NCBI GenBank assembly: GCA_965208905.1
Contig: OZ242365.1
Location: 1,600,001-1,664,000 of the forward strand
Source of the DNA: Nitrosopumilaceae archaeon
GTDB lineage: Archaea > Thermoproteota > Nitrososphaeria > Nitrososphaerales > Nitrosopumilaceae
Direction of reading: 5' to 3'
DNA length: 64,000 nucleotides
The position numbers were made by a program, and so were the translations under genes. This document shows, one piece after another, positions 9,705-19,208 of the stretch (position 1 is the first letter of the stretch; each line of letters begins with the position of its first letter). The notes below the pieces were generated by a model that saw only the letters and a program-made list of their open reading frames with translations, ran no database searches and was not told the origin of the DNA.

Positions 9705-11141
9705 CTATGTGGCTTTTGTACCCGAGCCGCCACCGGCCTTGCCCATGGCTGCGCCGGCAGCCCCGGCAGGCTTTGCACCAGCACCCATGCTACCCATGCC
9801 AAGTCTTCCCGCGCCCGCGCCAACTGCACCCTGCGCAGTCTGTATCATGCTGGTGAACGAGCCGGTAACCTGCTGTATAATCGTAGCAAATGCGCCCAGC
9901 GATACAATGGGTATGGCTATTGCCATCGACATTATGCCCGTGCCGAACATCCATACAACCAGTACGTCATTCCCATAGTCGGACAACAGCAGCCCGACCA
10001 TCAGCTCTGATGATATGCTGAACAGTATGGCCATCTCTATTGGGTATAGTATGGCGGCCGCCAGTGATGCGGGGCCGTATGTTGTCAGCACCTGCTTTAT
10101 CCTTCCGCCGCCGTGCATATGCTCCCAGGGCATCAGCATAAGCAGAAGGTATGCCGGCACAAACACGAGCATTGTGGCTGTTGCCACATCCACTGCGACG
10201 TTTGATATAATCATGCCCGTACCGGTCATTATTACGGCCTGCGCCTTTATCATGCCGAACAGTATGTTCACGATAAACTCGCCAAAGCCCCTGTACATCC
10301 AGTCGGCCGCATTGTCCCAGTGTGAGGTAATGGTCTCCCAGAAGGAGCCGGATACATCAACGGGTGGCGGTATGGCCTTTGTATTGCCGCCCCACTGCTC
10401 CAGCATGTATCGGACGCGCAGTTCCGGCTGGCACATCGCATCCAGTTTACCGGTCTTGTCCTGCATGAGCAAATACCGTGTTGCATGATAGTGTTTCTGC
10501 AGGGCCTCGTTGTCCGTATCCAGCACGCCGTTTGTATACCACTGCGGGGGGCACGGATACTCCCTGTTGCCGGAGTATGCGTTGTTTAGTATCTTTGTCG
10601 ATACCCACTCCGAACCGTCTATCGAATAATCCCATATGGGCGGTAGTATGAACAGTATCACAATGCACAGTACGCACCTTGATGGCAGGCTTGACATCCA
10701 CACGTATGCCCAGTGTGACCCGCGCGGGTCTGCGCCAAACCCCACCGTACCATAGTTTTCCCCCCGCCGCATCATGGTTTTTTTGGGCCTCATCATCGGA
10801 TGTACGCCGTCTGTGACCTCCTGTGTATGTTCGCCCTCCATTACATATGATGCCCTGTGTCCGAAACGGCCGGTTATCAGCCAGGCTATCGCGCCCAGGC
10901 CTATTATACCATACAGGACGGCCTCGCGCTGCTGCTTGAATACATGAAACAGCATGTTGCCGTTCTCCCCCGTGTGATCCAGACTGTACTCGAAGTCCGG
11001 CATGTCTATCAGTATATCTACCAGGTTTTCGACCAGAAAGTCCTTGATGATACCGGATATCGTGATTATGGTTACCACAAGCGCCAGTATGATTGCCAGG
11101 TCAAGCACGATCTGCACGACAAAGAGGATTGGCAGCGCCAT
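9705..11141 (-). CDS. VirB6/TrbL-like polytopic membrane protein (paralog 1)
   Basis: Many TM segments, Gly/Ala-rich tail; shares PPIWD and CxPxLRVxY with 58518..61202. Confidence 0.65.
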   Translation of the reverse strand: MALPILFVVQIVLDLAIILALVVTIITISGIIKDFLVENLVDILIDMPDFEYSLDHTGENGNMLFHVFKQQREAVLYGIIGLGAIAWLITGRFGHRASYVMEGEHTQEVTDGVHPMMRPKKTMMRRGENYGTVGFGADPRGSHWAYVWMSSLPSRCVLCIVILFILPPIWDYSIDGSEWVSTKILNNAYSGNREYPCPPQWYTNGVLDTDNEALQKHYHATRYLLMQDKTGKLDAMCQPELRVRYMLEQWGGNTKAIPPPVDVSGSFWETITSHWDNAADWMYRGFGEFIVNILFGMIKAQAVIMTGTGMIISNVAVDVATATMLVFVPAYLLLMLMPWEHMHGGGRIKQVLTTYGPASLAAAILYPIEMAILFSISSELMVGLLLSDYGNDVLVVWMFGTGIMSMAIAIPIVSLGAFATIIQQVTGSFTSMIQTAQGAVGAGAGRLGMGSMGAGAKPAGAAGAAMGKAGGGSGTKAT

Positions 11142-11416
11142 ACCGTATCACATATGGTTGATCCGTTTTTGGGTTACTAAAAATTAGTTCTTTTGGAGTT
11201 TGTTGTTTGTCAAGTCTGCGCAATCTCTACACATCACAGGATTCACACCTCAATAATCGGCATACCGTGAAAGGGTGGTTTATCAGTCCCAAAAGTGGGT
11301 CCCACTAACATATAATCCGTGAAGGGCCTATAGTTTGATGCTGCCAGGTGGCCATCCAAGAGTCGCGCAGTTGGCTTTTTCGCGCTCCTTTGGTCCACGC
11401 GCCTTCACCCCTAACG

Positions 11417-12052
11417 CTAACTGGAATGCTCAAGATTCTTGCCACTGACCTGCGTCAGAGCACGAAGGAATCCCATAGTTTGCCGCATGTCCTTAGCATA
11501 CTCCGGGTGTGTATCACTTGCTATCCAGTGACGAACCTTTCGGTTGACATAGATGAGACCGAATCCTGTAAGCGAGAGTAGTCGCAACGCCCAAGCTGGC
11601 CTCACTATATACTTGTTTAATAGCCGTTCATATTCACCAATGGTTCTTGCTGTTCGCTTCTCCAACCATTTGGCCATATAATTAATCAGTGCAGCATTCT
11701 CTTCCTGGGTTCGATCTAGATTTTGGGCAACATCTACCATAAATCGAATGGTATTCGGTGGTACAACTATGTAATAGTCATTTTCCGTAAGGAAGAGGTA
11801 CACAGTAAGTAATGCTGTCCTCTTGTTGCCGTCAGGAAAGGGGTGGAGTCGAATAATGCCCTCCATCAGTGACGCAGCCTGTTTGAATATCGTGTCATGT
11901 ACGGACTGACCATATACGGTGAGAAATGCTGTCTGTACTATGCCTTCGACCGCCTGACGATTTATGTGTCCATCAGTAACGCGTTTGGGAAACATCTTCC
12001 GAATCTCACTATGAAATAACAACACATCGTCGGCGGTTATATGATCTGTCAA
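11417..12052 (-). CDS. Fic/Doc family toxin
   Basis: HPFPDGNKRTA motif; TTG start overlapping upstream stop. Confidence 0.9.
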   Translation of the reverse strand: MTDHITADDVLLFHSEIRKMFPKRVTDGHINRQAVEGIVQTAFLTVYGQSVHDTIFKQAASLMEGIIRLHPFPDGNKRTALLTVYLFLTENDYYIVVPPNTIRFMVDVAQNLDRTQEENAALINYMAKWLEKRTARTIGEYERLLNKYIVRPAWALRLLSLTGFGLIYVNRKVRHWIASDTHPEYAKDMRQTMGFLRALTQVSGKNLEHSS

Positions 12053-12156
12053 ATCTCGGCCAAGCGGTCAAAGACAATCTTGTTGTCCTTTATGCAATTC
12101 CTTGCGAGCTTACTCAACCTTGTCTTCCTTTCTGTCGTGTTTGATCTGCTGTCCAT
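12049..12156 (-). CDS. Probable small antitoxin (35 aa)
   Basis: Overlaps toxin start; ends IVFDRLAEI like Doc-partner helices; TTTTATA box ~29 nt upstream. Confidence 0.6.
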   Translation of the reverse strand: MDSRSNTTERKTRLSKLARNCIKDNKIVFDRLAEI

Positions 12157-12281
12157 GTATCTTATACTTCCTAGAAATATAAAAAGATAGGGTGCGTCCC
12201 ACGGGGGCTTATCCCTGTAACTACAACCTAGGGAATTATATCCATAAGTAAACATTACCCGTGCCTTTTCCTAGAGCCTTA

Positions 12282-12494
12282 CTAGAGAATGCGTTCACCC
12301 CCACACTTGATTAGTTGTAGTAGTTTTTCAGGCGTACGTATGATGTCAAACCCCGTACCATTCCTTTTGCCAAAATCCAAAAGTTCTAACTCGTCTACAT
12401 GCCGCTTAACCTCGTAGAGTCTGCCATCATACGCCAACACTATCTCCACCTCCACTCCGTCCAAGGATATGGAATTTACCTCAATAGCAATCAT
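12282..12494 (-). CDS. Hypothetical protein
   Basis: ATG 28 nt after GCTTAAACG. Confidence 0.6.
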   Translation of the reverse strand: MIAIEVNSISLDGVEVEIVLAYDGRLYEVKRHVDELELLDFGKRNGTGFDIIRTPEKLLQLIKCGGERIL

Positions 12495-12518
12495 TGTTGA
12501 ATAACATCTCCATCACGT

Positions 12519-12794
12519 TTAAGCAGGTGGTTGGTTGTTTACCCAGCCGGTCTTGCCGACCAGGTTGCTGCAATCCCTGCAATCCACACAGTCTACACAA
12601 CTAGTGCAGTGCTCACACCTTTGACACCGGACGCAGTTTTTGCAGTTCGCACAACAAACACAATGTATACATTCCTCACAATCCCTGCAACTGGTGCACT
12701 CCTCACACTCCCAGCAATTCCTGCAGTCTGTACAGTTGCTGCATGTGCGACATTCCCCACACCCCGAACAATCATCACAATACATGTTTGACAT
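12519..12794 (-). CDS. Cys-rich (CxxC)n repeat protein, copy 1
   Basis: Cys at every third residue over ~75 aa; ends LVGKTGWVNNQPPA; paralog of 31588..31953. Confidence 0.8.
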   Translation of the reverse strand: MSNMYCDDCSGCGECRTCSNCTDCRNCWECEECTSCRDCEECIHCVCCANCKNCVRCQRCEHCTSCVDCVDCRDCSNLVGKTGWVNNQPPA

Positions 12795-12847
12795 CATTAT
12801 AGTGGGTCCATTCCGTTTAAGCGGAGTTCCGCCCGCACCTGTTAAAG

Positions 12848-13591
12848 TCAGGTAGCATCTTTGATAGCCTTGGCCAGGTCCTGTCTGCGCAGCCTGACCG
12901 AGACGGTCGAGACTGCGGCCGCATCGGCAATCTCCTGCTGCGTTACCCCACAGTTGTGTGCAGCACATACGGTATACAGGGCCGCCGCAGCCAAGGTAGC
13001 GGGGTCTTTGCCTGACATCTGCGACATCACCGACTGCAATAGTTCAACCGCCTTGCGCAGTATTGTCTCCGGCACCTTACAGGATGTGGCAATACTACTG
13101 ATGAATGCTGCCGGGTCCGGGGGCGGCACGGACAGCGACAGGCCATTGACCAGAACGCCATAAATGCGCTTTACCTGCCCGGGTTTTACGGCCGCCACCT
13201 CGCAGATCGACTTTGTAGTACGGGGTACGCCTTCCAGCCTGCATGCCAGTGTAACCAGCGCGGCTGCAAAAGCTCCACGATGCCAGCCGCGGTTCAGCCC
13301 GTGCGCGTTGGCATTTGTGTTTAAGGAAACTGCCCTCCTATATGCGATATCGGGCACGCCACACTTTGTACATATTGATTCAATTACGCCTATCATTGCC
13401 CAGTTGGGACGGCTTATCTTCCTGTCCAGTTTGTGCAACCTCCACTTCCCCTCGAACGTCTTGGTACGGCCCATCTCCGACCATATCTGGGTGAGTGTTG
13501 GCGCGGCCCTGCGAACCTCCCCGCACTTCGTACACACCAGTTCACCATCATCCTCAAGTATACGACCTCCGCATCGACATGTCAGCACCAC
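12848..13591 (-). CDS. tfb: Divergent transcription factor B
   Basis: Zn ribbon CRCGG...VCTKCGEV, two cyclin folds (LNRGW...AAALVTLACR; GKDPATLAAAALY), C-terminal HTH; GTG start 13591 or 13588. Confidence 0.88.
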   Translation of the reverse strand: MVLTCRCGGRILEDDGELVCTKCGEVRRAAPTLTQIWSEMGRTKTFEGKWRLHKLDRKISRPNWAMIGVIESICTKCGVPDIAYRRAVSLNTNANAHGLNRGWHRGAFAAALVTLACRLEGVPRTTKSICEVAAVKPGQVKRIYGVLVNGLSLSVPPPDPAAFISSIATSCKVPETILRKAVELLQSVMSQMSGKDPATLAAAALYTVCAAHNCGVTQQEIADAAAVSTVSVRLRRQDLAKAIKDAT

Positions 13592-15219
13592 ACATTCCAA
13601 CCCCCGTCGAACTTGGTAAGGCCGCAATCCGCCCGGCTCACCCCACCGTGCCGTATCATGGCCGCGTTGACCGGCTCTGCCATGCCGCACCATATCACCC
13701 CCGTCCTTGATACGGGGGGAGGAATCGCCAGGCCGGTATCCCATGCGGTCGGCCCATCAGCGCTTATCGTGTATCGCATGGCATCACCCACATGCTGTAT
13801 TGTAGCAGTCACCACATCGTGATACGTGGATGATACAAGCGGCTCCAAAACCATGCCGTCCGCCATATATGTGACATTTCCGGTCATCGCCGGCATCCTT
13901 AATGTGATTGCCGCCGGCTCTCCCGTTGCGTCTACATGTATTGTGGAGCCCTCCCGTGTAATATCAACATCAAGTACCGACTCGTATGTGGTCGCATAGG
14001 GTATTACGAGCGGCGCATATGATGAGTGCATAACATCAAAGTCTACAGTTACAATGCTGCCAGGCGGACATATTGCGGCAGCCATATTGTCCGGGTCGCC
14101 AGACACCAGACTCATGCGTACGGCTCCATGGAAGCCGTTCCCATATACTATGCCGGTCGCGCCATCCCATGCGCGAACCACCATGTCCTGTATGCAATCA
14201 CCAGTACACATGTCATTGGGTATGGAGTGTATTGTTATCATATCAGATGTATTATGCGGTATTGTTGCCGACAATACGCCGCCTACCACATCATATGTGG
14301 CGTCCAACATTGTATTCCCCTGCCAGAATGTAAAAGTCCCGCCGAATGCCGGCATGACTATATGCAGCATGCCTCCACCATCGGATACGCCGCGTATTGC
14401 GGCCGTATTGTATGATCTTGATATGCTCTGAACCTGATATGTATCCGATGACCATGACACGCCCGACAGCGTTCCTGCGCGCATCACATTATCCGGGCCC
14501 GATACATCAACGCTTACCCCGTCCTGTATGCCGTACAGCATATCCATGTATCTCTTCTCAGAGTAGAACCAAAAAGAGTTCTGTATGTGTGGGTCGTATC
14601 GGTCGGCCACATACACGCCTGCCAACGGTATTGGCCTGTCCATATCTACCAAAAACCTGGCACTACCCTCGCCCACATACTGTATTATGTATAACCCGTC
14701 CACACTCTCCATGACGGCCACATCTCCCCATACCTCCCCCACACGTACGACCCCGGGCCCGTCAAGAAAGTCGTTTATGCCAAACAATACGTCATTTAGC
14801 GAGTCTGCAACCGTTCTTGAGTAGTCTACAAAGGGCGTATACATCATGTCATTATACAACAGCACGTATGTTCTTGTCGGTATGCCCGGAGGGGCCGAAT
14901 CATCAAGCAGGGGTATGTCGTGTATAGGGTCGCCCGTAATCTCAAAGGCCGTATCCGGTGAGAATACCACGTCTGGGGGCATTTCCGTTGGCAGGCCGGC
15001 CAGTATGGTGTGGTCGGCTCGTACCACCCAGTACGGAGTCTGATTATGCAACACCGGCGCGATGAACTCCAGCTCAGCATAATAGCAGTATTGCCGCAGT
15101 GTATCGCATATCGTGTATGCGTGGGTTTCGGGCGCGGCGTCCATGCCCGGCTCCCAGTATGCGCCATGTGCAGCAAGGGGCATGCATATGCCAATTACCA
15201 CCAACAGTACATACTGCAT
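13582..15219 (-). CDS. Exported protein with degenerate thermonuclease(SNase)-like C-terminal region
   Basis: Signal peptide MQYVLLVVIG...; VVRAWDGAT, CPPGSIVTVDFD, GVIWC...VNAAMIRHG recall thaumarchaeal SNase-like proteins. Confidence 0.6.
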   Translation of the reverse strand: MQYVLLVVIGICMPLAAHGAYWEPGMDAAPETHAYTICDTLRQYCYYAELEFIAPVLHNQTPYWVVRADHTILAGLPTEMPPDVVFSPDTAFEITGDPIHDIPLLDDSAPPGIPTRTYVLLYNDMMYTPFVDYSRTVADSLNDVLFGINDFLDGPGVVRVGEVWGDVAVMESVDGLYIIQYVGEGSARFLVDMDRPIPLAGVYVADRYDPHIQNSFWFYSEKRYMDMLYGIQDGVSVDVSGPDNVMRAGTLSGVSWSSDTYQVQSISRSYNTAAIRGVSDGGGMLHIVMPAFGGTFTFWQGNTMLDATYDVVGGVLSATIPHNTSDMITIHSIPNDMCTGDCIQDMVVRAWDGATGIVYGNGFHGAVRMSLVSGDPDNMAAAICPPGSIVTVDFDVMHSSYAPLVIPYATTYESVLDVDITREGSTIHVDATGEPAAITLRMPAMTGNVTYMADGMVLEPLVSSTYHDVVTATIQHVGDAMRYTISADGPTAWDTGLAIPPPVSRTGVIWCGMAEPVNAAMIRHGGVSRADCGLTKFDGGWNVWC

Positions 15220-15253
15220 AGTAACGTATGCTATGAGAACCGTAAATAGGTTA

Positions 15254-15320
15254 CAGTGGTGGCGGGTATGCCGGGCCCCAACCACCAAGTGTGAAAACGG
15301 GATACCCTACCCCGCCCGGC
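15254..15320 (-). ncRNA. GCCGGGC pseudoknot small RNA
   Basis: Starts 28 nt after GCGCCTTAAA; GCCGGGC pairs with GCCCGGC in the loop of the UGGUGG-U-UGGG/CCCG-CCACCA hairpin. Confidence 0.72.
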
Positions 15321-15366
15321 TGGTTATACAAAGCATGGTTGCATTTAAGGCGCCATATGGCCAGGC

Positions 15367-16062
15367 TTATTCATTTTTGCGGGCGGACCTCTTGTCCCGC
15401 GGACTCTTGCGCAGCTGCCCGCCACAACACCCACACCGCTTCACATCAGCAGGAACGTCCTCATATACTACGACACACTGCATGCAGTATGCCCGACCGG
15501 GCCCGGCCCTGAACTTTTTTGAGCCTTTTCCATGCCGCCCGCAACACCTGGATCCGGTTTTCTCCGAATCCTCGCATTTGGTGTATTTTGGTACGGGCTT
15601 GCCATTGTATTTGGCCTGTCCCTCGGCTATCTTGAGCGGCCTGTCCCCGGGCGCCACACCCTCCACCGCCAGACGCCTCCACTCCAGATACTCAGCGTGG
15701 TATGGTTTGTCAGGTGGAATCTTGGAGCGGCTTTGCTTCTTTGGCGGCTTGCCCTTAAATGCCACGTACCGCCTGTACTCGTTGGCCATGGCCCTCTCCT
15801 GTTCGGTAGGCTCCACACCCTCGCGTATCTTGCGGCTGAATATTGCGTGAGCCTCCCGCAACTCTTTGGGTATGTAGTCGTGCTTTGGCTTCCGGGTGGT
15901 GGACTTGGCCTGCGGCTTGCCCTTGTGGTACAGCCAAGATTTGTACTCGTTTGACTTTTTACGTATATCATCAGGTATTGGCTTGCCCTCCCTGCGCAGT
16001 CTGTTGGCCTCGGAACAGGCAGCCCTCAGTTCCTCAGGTATATAGAGTAGCTTGCTTTTCAT
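15367..16062 (-). CDS. Basic protein with internal repeats and C-terminal Zn ribbon, probably nucleic-acid binding
   Basis: YIPxELRxA...REG...NEY...KGKP twice; CMQC/CGCC; ATG 28 nt after CCTTAAA. Confidence 0.7.
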   Translation of the reverse strand: MKSKLLYIPEELRAACSEANRLRREGKPIPDDIRKKSNEYKSWLYHKGKPQAKSTTRKPKHDYIPKELREAHAIFSRKIREGVEPTEQERAMANEYRRYVAFKGKPPKKQSRSKIPPDKPYHAEYLEWRRLAVEGVAPGDRPLKIAEGQAKYNGKPVPKYTKCEDSEKTGSRCCGRHGKGSKKFRAGPGRAYCMQCVVVYEDVPADVKRCGCCGGQLRKSPRDKRSARKNE

Positions 16063-16143
16063 ATATAGTATACGTGGTGAGGATATTTAAGGCGTCCCTC
16101 ATGCCATATAGCGCCTTATAACATACCGTGTAGTTCGACGGGC

Positions 16144-17433
16144 ATGAAAACAGCAATCATTGCGGCAGCATGTCTGGTATTTGCTGCCGCGTACAATGCA
16201 GACGCGCACTACACATATGCGGAAGAATCCGTGCCATGGTTCTTTGCGCAGACGGTGCATATACAGAGCGGAGGCAACACGCAAGCAGGCATAATATGGG
16301 ACGCAAATACAATAGTAACATCCAGTCATGGTATCGTGAACAACACAATCCACATAACAGACGCATACGGCAATCACATACCCGGCACATTGCTCATCGC
16401 AGACCCGTACTCTGATGTCGCAGTAATACTGGCATACACGGGCGAAGAGCCGGTTAGAGGAGAGTTAGATGCAATACCTGGCCAGTGGGTTTATGCGGTC
16501 GGCCATCCAAAAGACCGGCCATACGCGGTAACATTTGGCATAATATCCAGCACTCATCGCAGCGTACCGGTATCAATACAACACGATGCCGTGGTGTCGA
16601 CCGGCAATTCCGGCGGACCGCTATTCACTCTGGATGGTAGATTGGTCGGCATGACCGTTGCCTCTGATGATTTGGCGTTTGCCGTTCCCTATGAGATACT
16701 AGATGCGGTAGTACAATCCATACATGAAACCGGTACGTACGCACCTGGCTGCATCGGCATAGTACTGGATGACAACACGATAAGGACCGTACGAGACGAG
16801 GTAGCGGGCATATTGCACCCCGGTGATGTTATTATGTCTATAGACGGAAAACCTCCCTACGAGCTGCAGTATGATCGTTCCGCAGGCGAGTATGTTGTCG
16901 TGGTATTGGAGGACAGAACGGTGCAGGTACAACTAGGCTACATGGGAGAGTGGTTTGGCATACACAGATGCATGGACTCGCCAACCAGCCTGGACAGACT
17001 GATGGTACGGAATCTGATGGCATACACAGGTGGAGACAGGGTTGTCGTGGCCGGTGATATACACAATATTGGCAGCACCGAACTAACCTCTTTGACACTC
17101 GATAGGCTAGCCATACATGACCTGATAATCACACAGGATGATACAACCGGCGATATGTCGTTGTACTATAACGGGACAGATTATGGGGTATATTCAGCCG
17201 CTGCAGGGTATACGACGTTTCACTTTGGTGAGACATTTGATATTGATCTGACCGGCCTGACAGTACATGACACAATACAGCACGGCCTGTACCCAATGAC
17301 ATCAAACCCATTCAGGGTTGTTATAACCGGTGATATGCACATACCATCTGGATCAACCATGCACGTAATCATATCCGGTACTGACGGCAACACGACAATG
17401 TTCTCTGATGTGCAATCCACTATTGTGCAGTAA
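16144..17433 (+). CDS. Exported HtrA/trypsin-like serine protease with PDZ-like and extra C-terminal domains
   Basis: Signal peptide; triad TSSH, SDVAV, GNSGGPL. Confidence 0.88.
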   Translation: MKTAIIAAACLVFAAAYNADAHYTYAEESVPWFFAQTVHIQSGGNTQAGIIWDANTIVTSSHGIVNNTIHITDAYGNHIPGTLLIADPYSDVAVILAYTGEEPVRGELDAIPGQWVYAVGHPKDRPYAVTFGIISSTHRSVPVSIQHDAVVSTGNSGGPLFTLDGRLVGMTVASDDLAFAVPYEILDAVVQSIHETGTYAPGCIGIVLDDNTIRTVRDEVAGILHPGDVIMSIDGKPPYELQYDRSAGEYVVVVLEDRTVQVQLGYMGEWFGIHRCMDSPTSLDRLMVRNLMAYTGGDRVVVAGDIHNIGSTELTSLTLDRLAIHDLIITQDDTTGDMSLYYNGTDYGVYSAAAGYTTFHFGETFDIDLTGLTVHDTIQHGLYPMTSNPFRVVITGDMHIPSGSTMHVIISGTDGNTTMFSDVQSTIVQ

Positions 17434-17444
17434 TTTTTTTCTTT

Positions 17445-17549
17445 TTATTTATCTGCGCAACCGACACAATACTCGGCATCTGCCATGGCACTCTCTGGAA
17501 ATTCCTTCCCACACTTCACACAATCATACATGTCTTCTATCTTACCCAT
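17445..17549 (-). CDS. 34-aa Zn-finger microprotein MGKIEDMYDCVKCGKEFPESAMADAEYCVGCADK
   Basis: Hand-translated; two CxxC; ATG 28 nt after GCCTTAAACG. Confidence 0.75.
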   Translation of the reverse strand: MGKIEDMYDCVKCGKEFPESAMADAEYCVGCADK

Positions 17550-17635
17550 ACTGGTGGTTGTGTACCATTGCGTTTAAGGCTGTCTGGGAATGTACAAAAG
17601 TTCTCCTTTAACGTGAACAATACGCATACAATATA

Positions 17636-18169
17636 ATGGAATCCATTATCGACAACGTAAACATCACAATGCATGACAAGCTAATAGAACGGCTTGCCGG
17701 TGCACACACATTGGACATTGCAGTTGGGTATTTTCATGTCAGCGGGTTCAACGAGTTAATCAGACACATGAACGGTGTGCGGATGCGTCTGGTAATGGGT
17801 AACGAGACGGATGCCGATACGGCAGCCCACCTGCGCAAAGGCCACAAGCCAAAGACCAAGTGCAAGCCGGTGCCAACCGAATTATACGAATTCATAAAAT
17901 CCGGCAGGCTCAAAGTCCGAATATACACGCACAGTAAGTTTCACGCCAAGGCGTACATTATACAGGATAGTTGTGCGTTTGTCGGCTCCTCAAATTTGTC
18001 AAAGGCAGGCCTTGGCCGGGGAAGCAGCAACCTGGAACTAAATTTGATGGTGTCAAGTATAGATGAGTTGTCAGCATGGTATGAAAACATCTGGAATGAG
18101 TCTGTACATTATAATTCCAAACTCATCAAGGTTCACCGGCGCAGATACAGACGCTCAAGGAGGCTGTAA
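17636..18169 (+). CDS. Stand-alone PLD (HKD) nuclease domain
   Basis: IAVGYF, FHAKAYIIQD, GSSNLS, NLELN. Confidence 0.85.
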   Translation: MESIIDNVNITMHDKLIERLAGAHTLDIAVGYFHVSGFNELIRHMNGVRMRLVMGNETDADTAAHLRKGHKPKTKCKPVPTELYEFIKSGRLKVRIYTHSKFHAKAYIIQDSCAFVGSSNLSKAGLGRGSSNLELNLMVSSIDELSAWYENIWNESVHYNSKLIKVHRRRYRRSRRL

Positions 18170-18187
18170 AATTAACGATGTTTATCG

Positions 18188-18574
18188 TTAGTCTATGAGT
18201 TTATTCCATGTTATCTGCGTCGCACCATGTGTAGCCCTGCCGCGTATGTTGATTGACACCTGTACCGGTTCGCCATCCCACAAATAGTGGTATTCGGCCT
18301 TTCTGCCGAACCGCGCAGAGAGTATTGTATAACCCGTATACTTTGGAAAAGATTCGGCTACATCCATGCATCGCTCTATCTGATGCGCAGGTATCCGTAC
18401 AGTATCACGTATGGTGGTCTTGAGTTCATGTACATGTATCCTGTCTGTTCCAACGGCAAGTATGTCTGGCAGGCCGTTTGATGATGCTCCCAGTCTCCAT
18501 GCGCGCCATCCACATCGTACATACCGTTTGGCTAGGTCGTTCTCGAATCTGTATCCCCTTGTACGGCCACTCAC
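18188..18574 (-). CDS. hjc: Hjc-like Holliday junction resolvase
   Basis: GYRFE, LPDILA, HELK PD-(D/E)xK motifs; GTG start 28 nt after CCTTTAACG. Confidence 0.8.
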   Translation of the reverse strand: MSGRTRGYRFENDLAKRYVRCGWRAWRLGASSNGLPDILAVGTDRIHVHELKTTIRDTVRIPAHQIERCMDVAESFPKYTGYTILSARFGRKAEYHYLWDGEPVQVSINIRGRATHGATQITWNKLID

Positions 18575-18797
18575 TGTATGGTAGCGTATCGGGTGCGTTA
18601 AAGGGCGGTGTTGGGTTTTGCACTCCTTAAAAGGCTCTGATGTGCTACCACAACATGCAATTATGTCCAATATGCGAACGCAAGGCCAGGCAGGTGGACT
18701 TTAACCACGATGCCAACTATCGGGAGTTCGTTTGCCATACATGCAAGATAAGATTCAGAACACGGTTTTGGTAACCAAAAGGTTGGCCAGATTGCGC

Positions 18798-19208
18798 CTA
18801 TGGTCCCACCTTGGCTAACAACTCCTCATAGGTCATCATGTCCGGTTGTGTGGTATTTGATGGTGGCTGCGCACACTGTATTGTAGCGTTGTATATCTGC
18901 GCGTTTGCAGGCGTACCAGGTACGGGACTCACCCAGGCTACGGACAATACGGGACACCTGGGAGCGTCATCTGATACATATATCAAATCATTTCCAGCTG
19001 CCAGCATCCCCAGTATTGCATTTGGTGTTGTGCCGGATACTGCGGGTTCGATCCCACCAATAAATGAGTCATTGAGCCACACACGTACAGTAACAGGGTA
19101 GTATTCGGATGTTCCGCCATACCCGCCGCCACCTATTATGTATGCGGATACGCCACACATGACTGCAACGCCCATAATGCATAACCCTACGCGCAGAACG
19201 CGGTTCAT
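18798..19208 (-). CDS. N-terminally anchored membrane/exported protein
   Basis: Hydrophobic N-terminus; ATGA overlap with peptidase stop. Confidence 0.55.
   Translation of the reverse strand: MNRVLRVGLCIMGVAVMCGVSAYIIGGGGYGGTSEYYPVTVRVWLNDSFIGGIEPAVSGTTPNAILGMLAAGNDLIYVSDDAPRCPVLSVAWVSPVPGTPANAQIYNATIQCAQPPSNTTQPDMMTYEELLAKVGP

Noticed and set aside
11340-11410. tRNA-like sequence (GTCGCGCAGTTGG)
   Set aside because: No T-arm consensus or acceptor stem.
15254-15320. HDV-like ribozyme, H/ACA guide or SRP Alu identity for the GCCGGGC RNAs
   Set aside because: No P3/P1.1/P4 elements; no K-turn, and the ANA after the stem is absent in the 9170 copy; only the first 8 nt resemble Alu.
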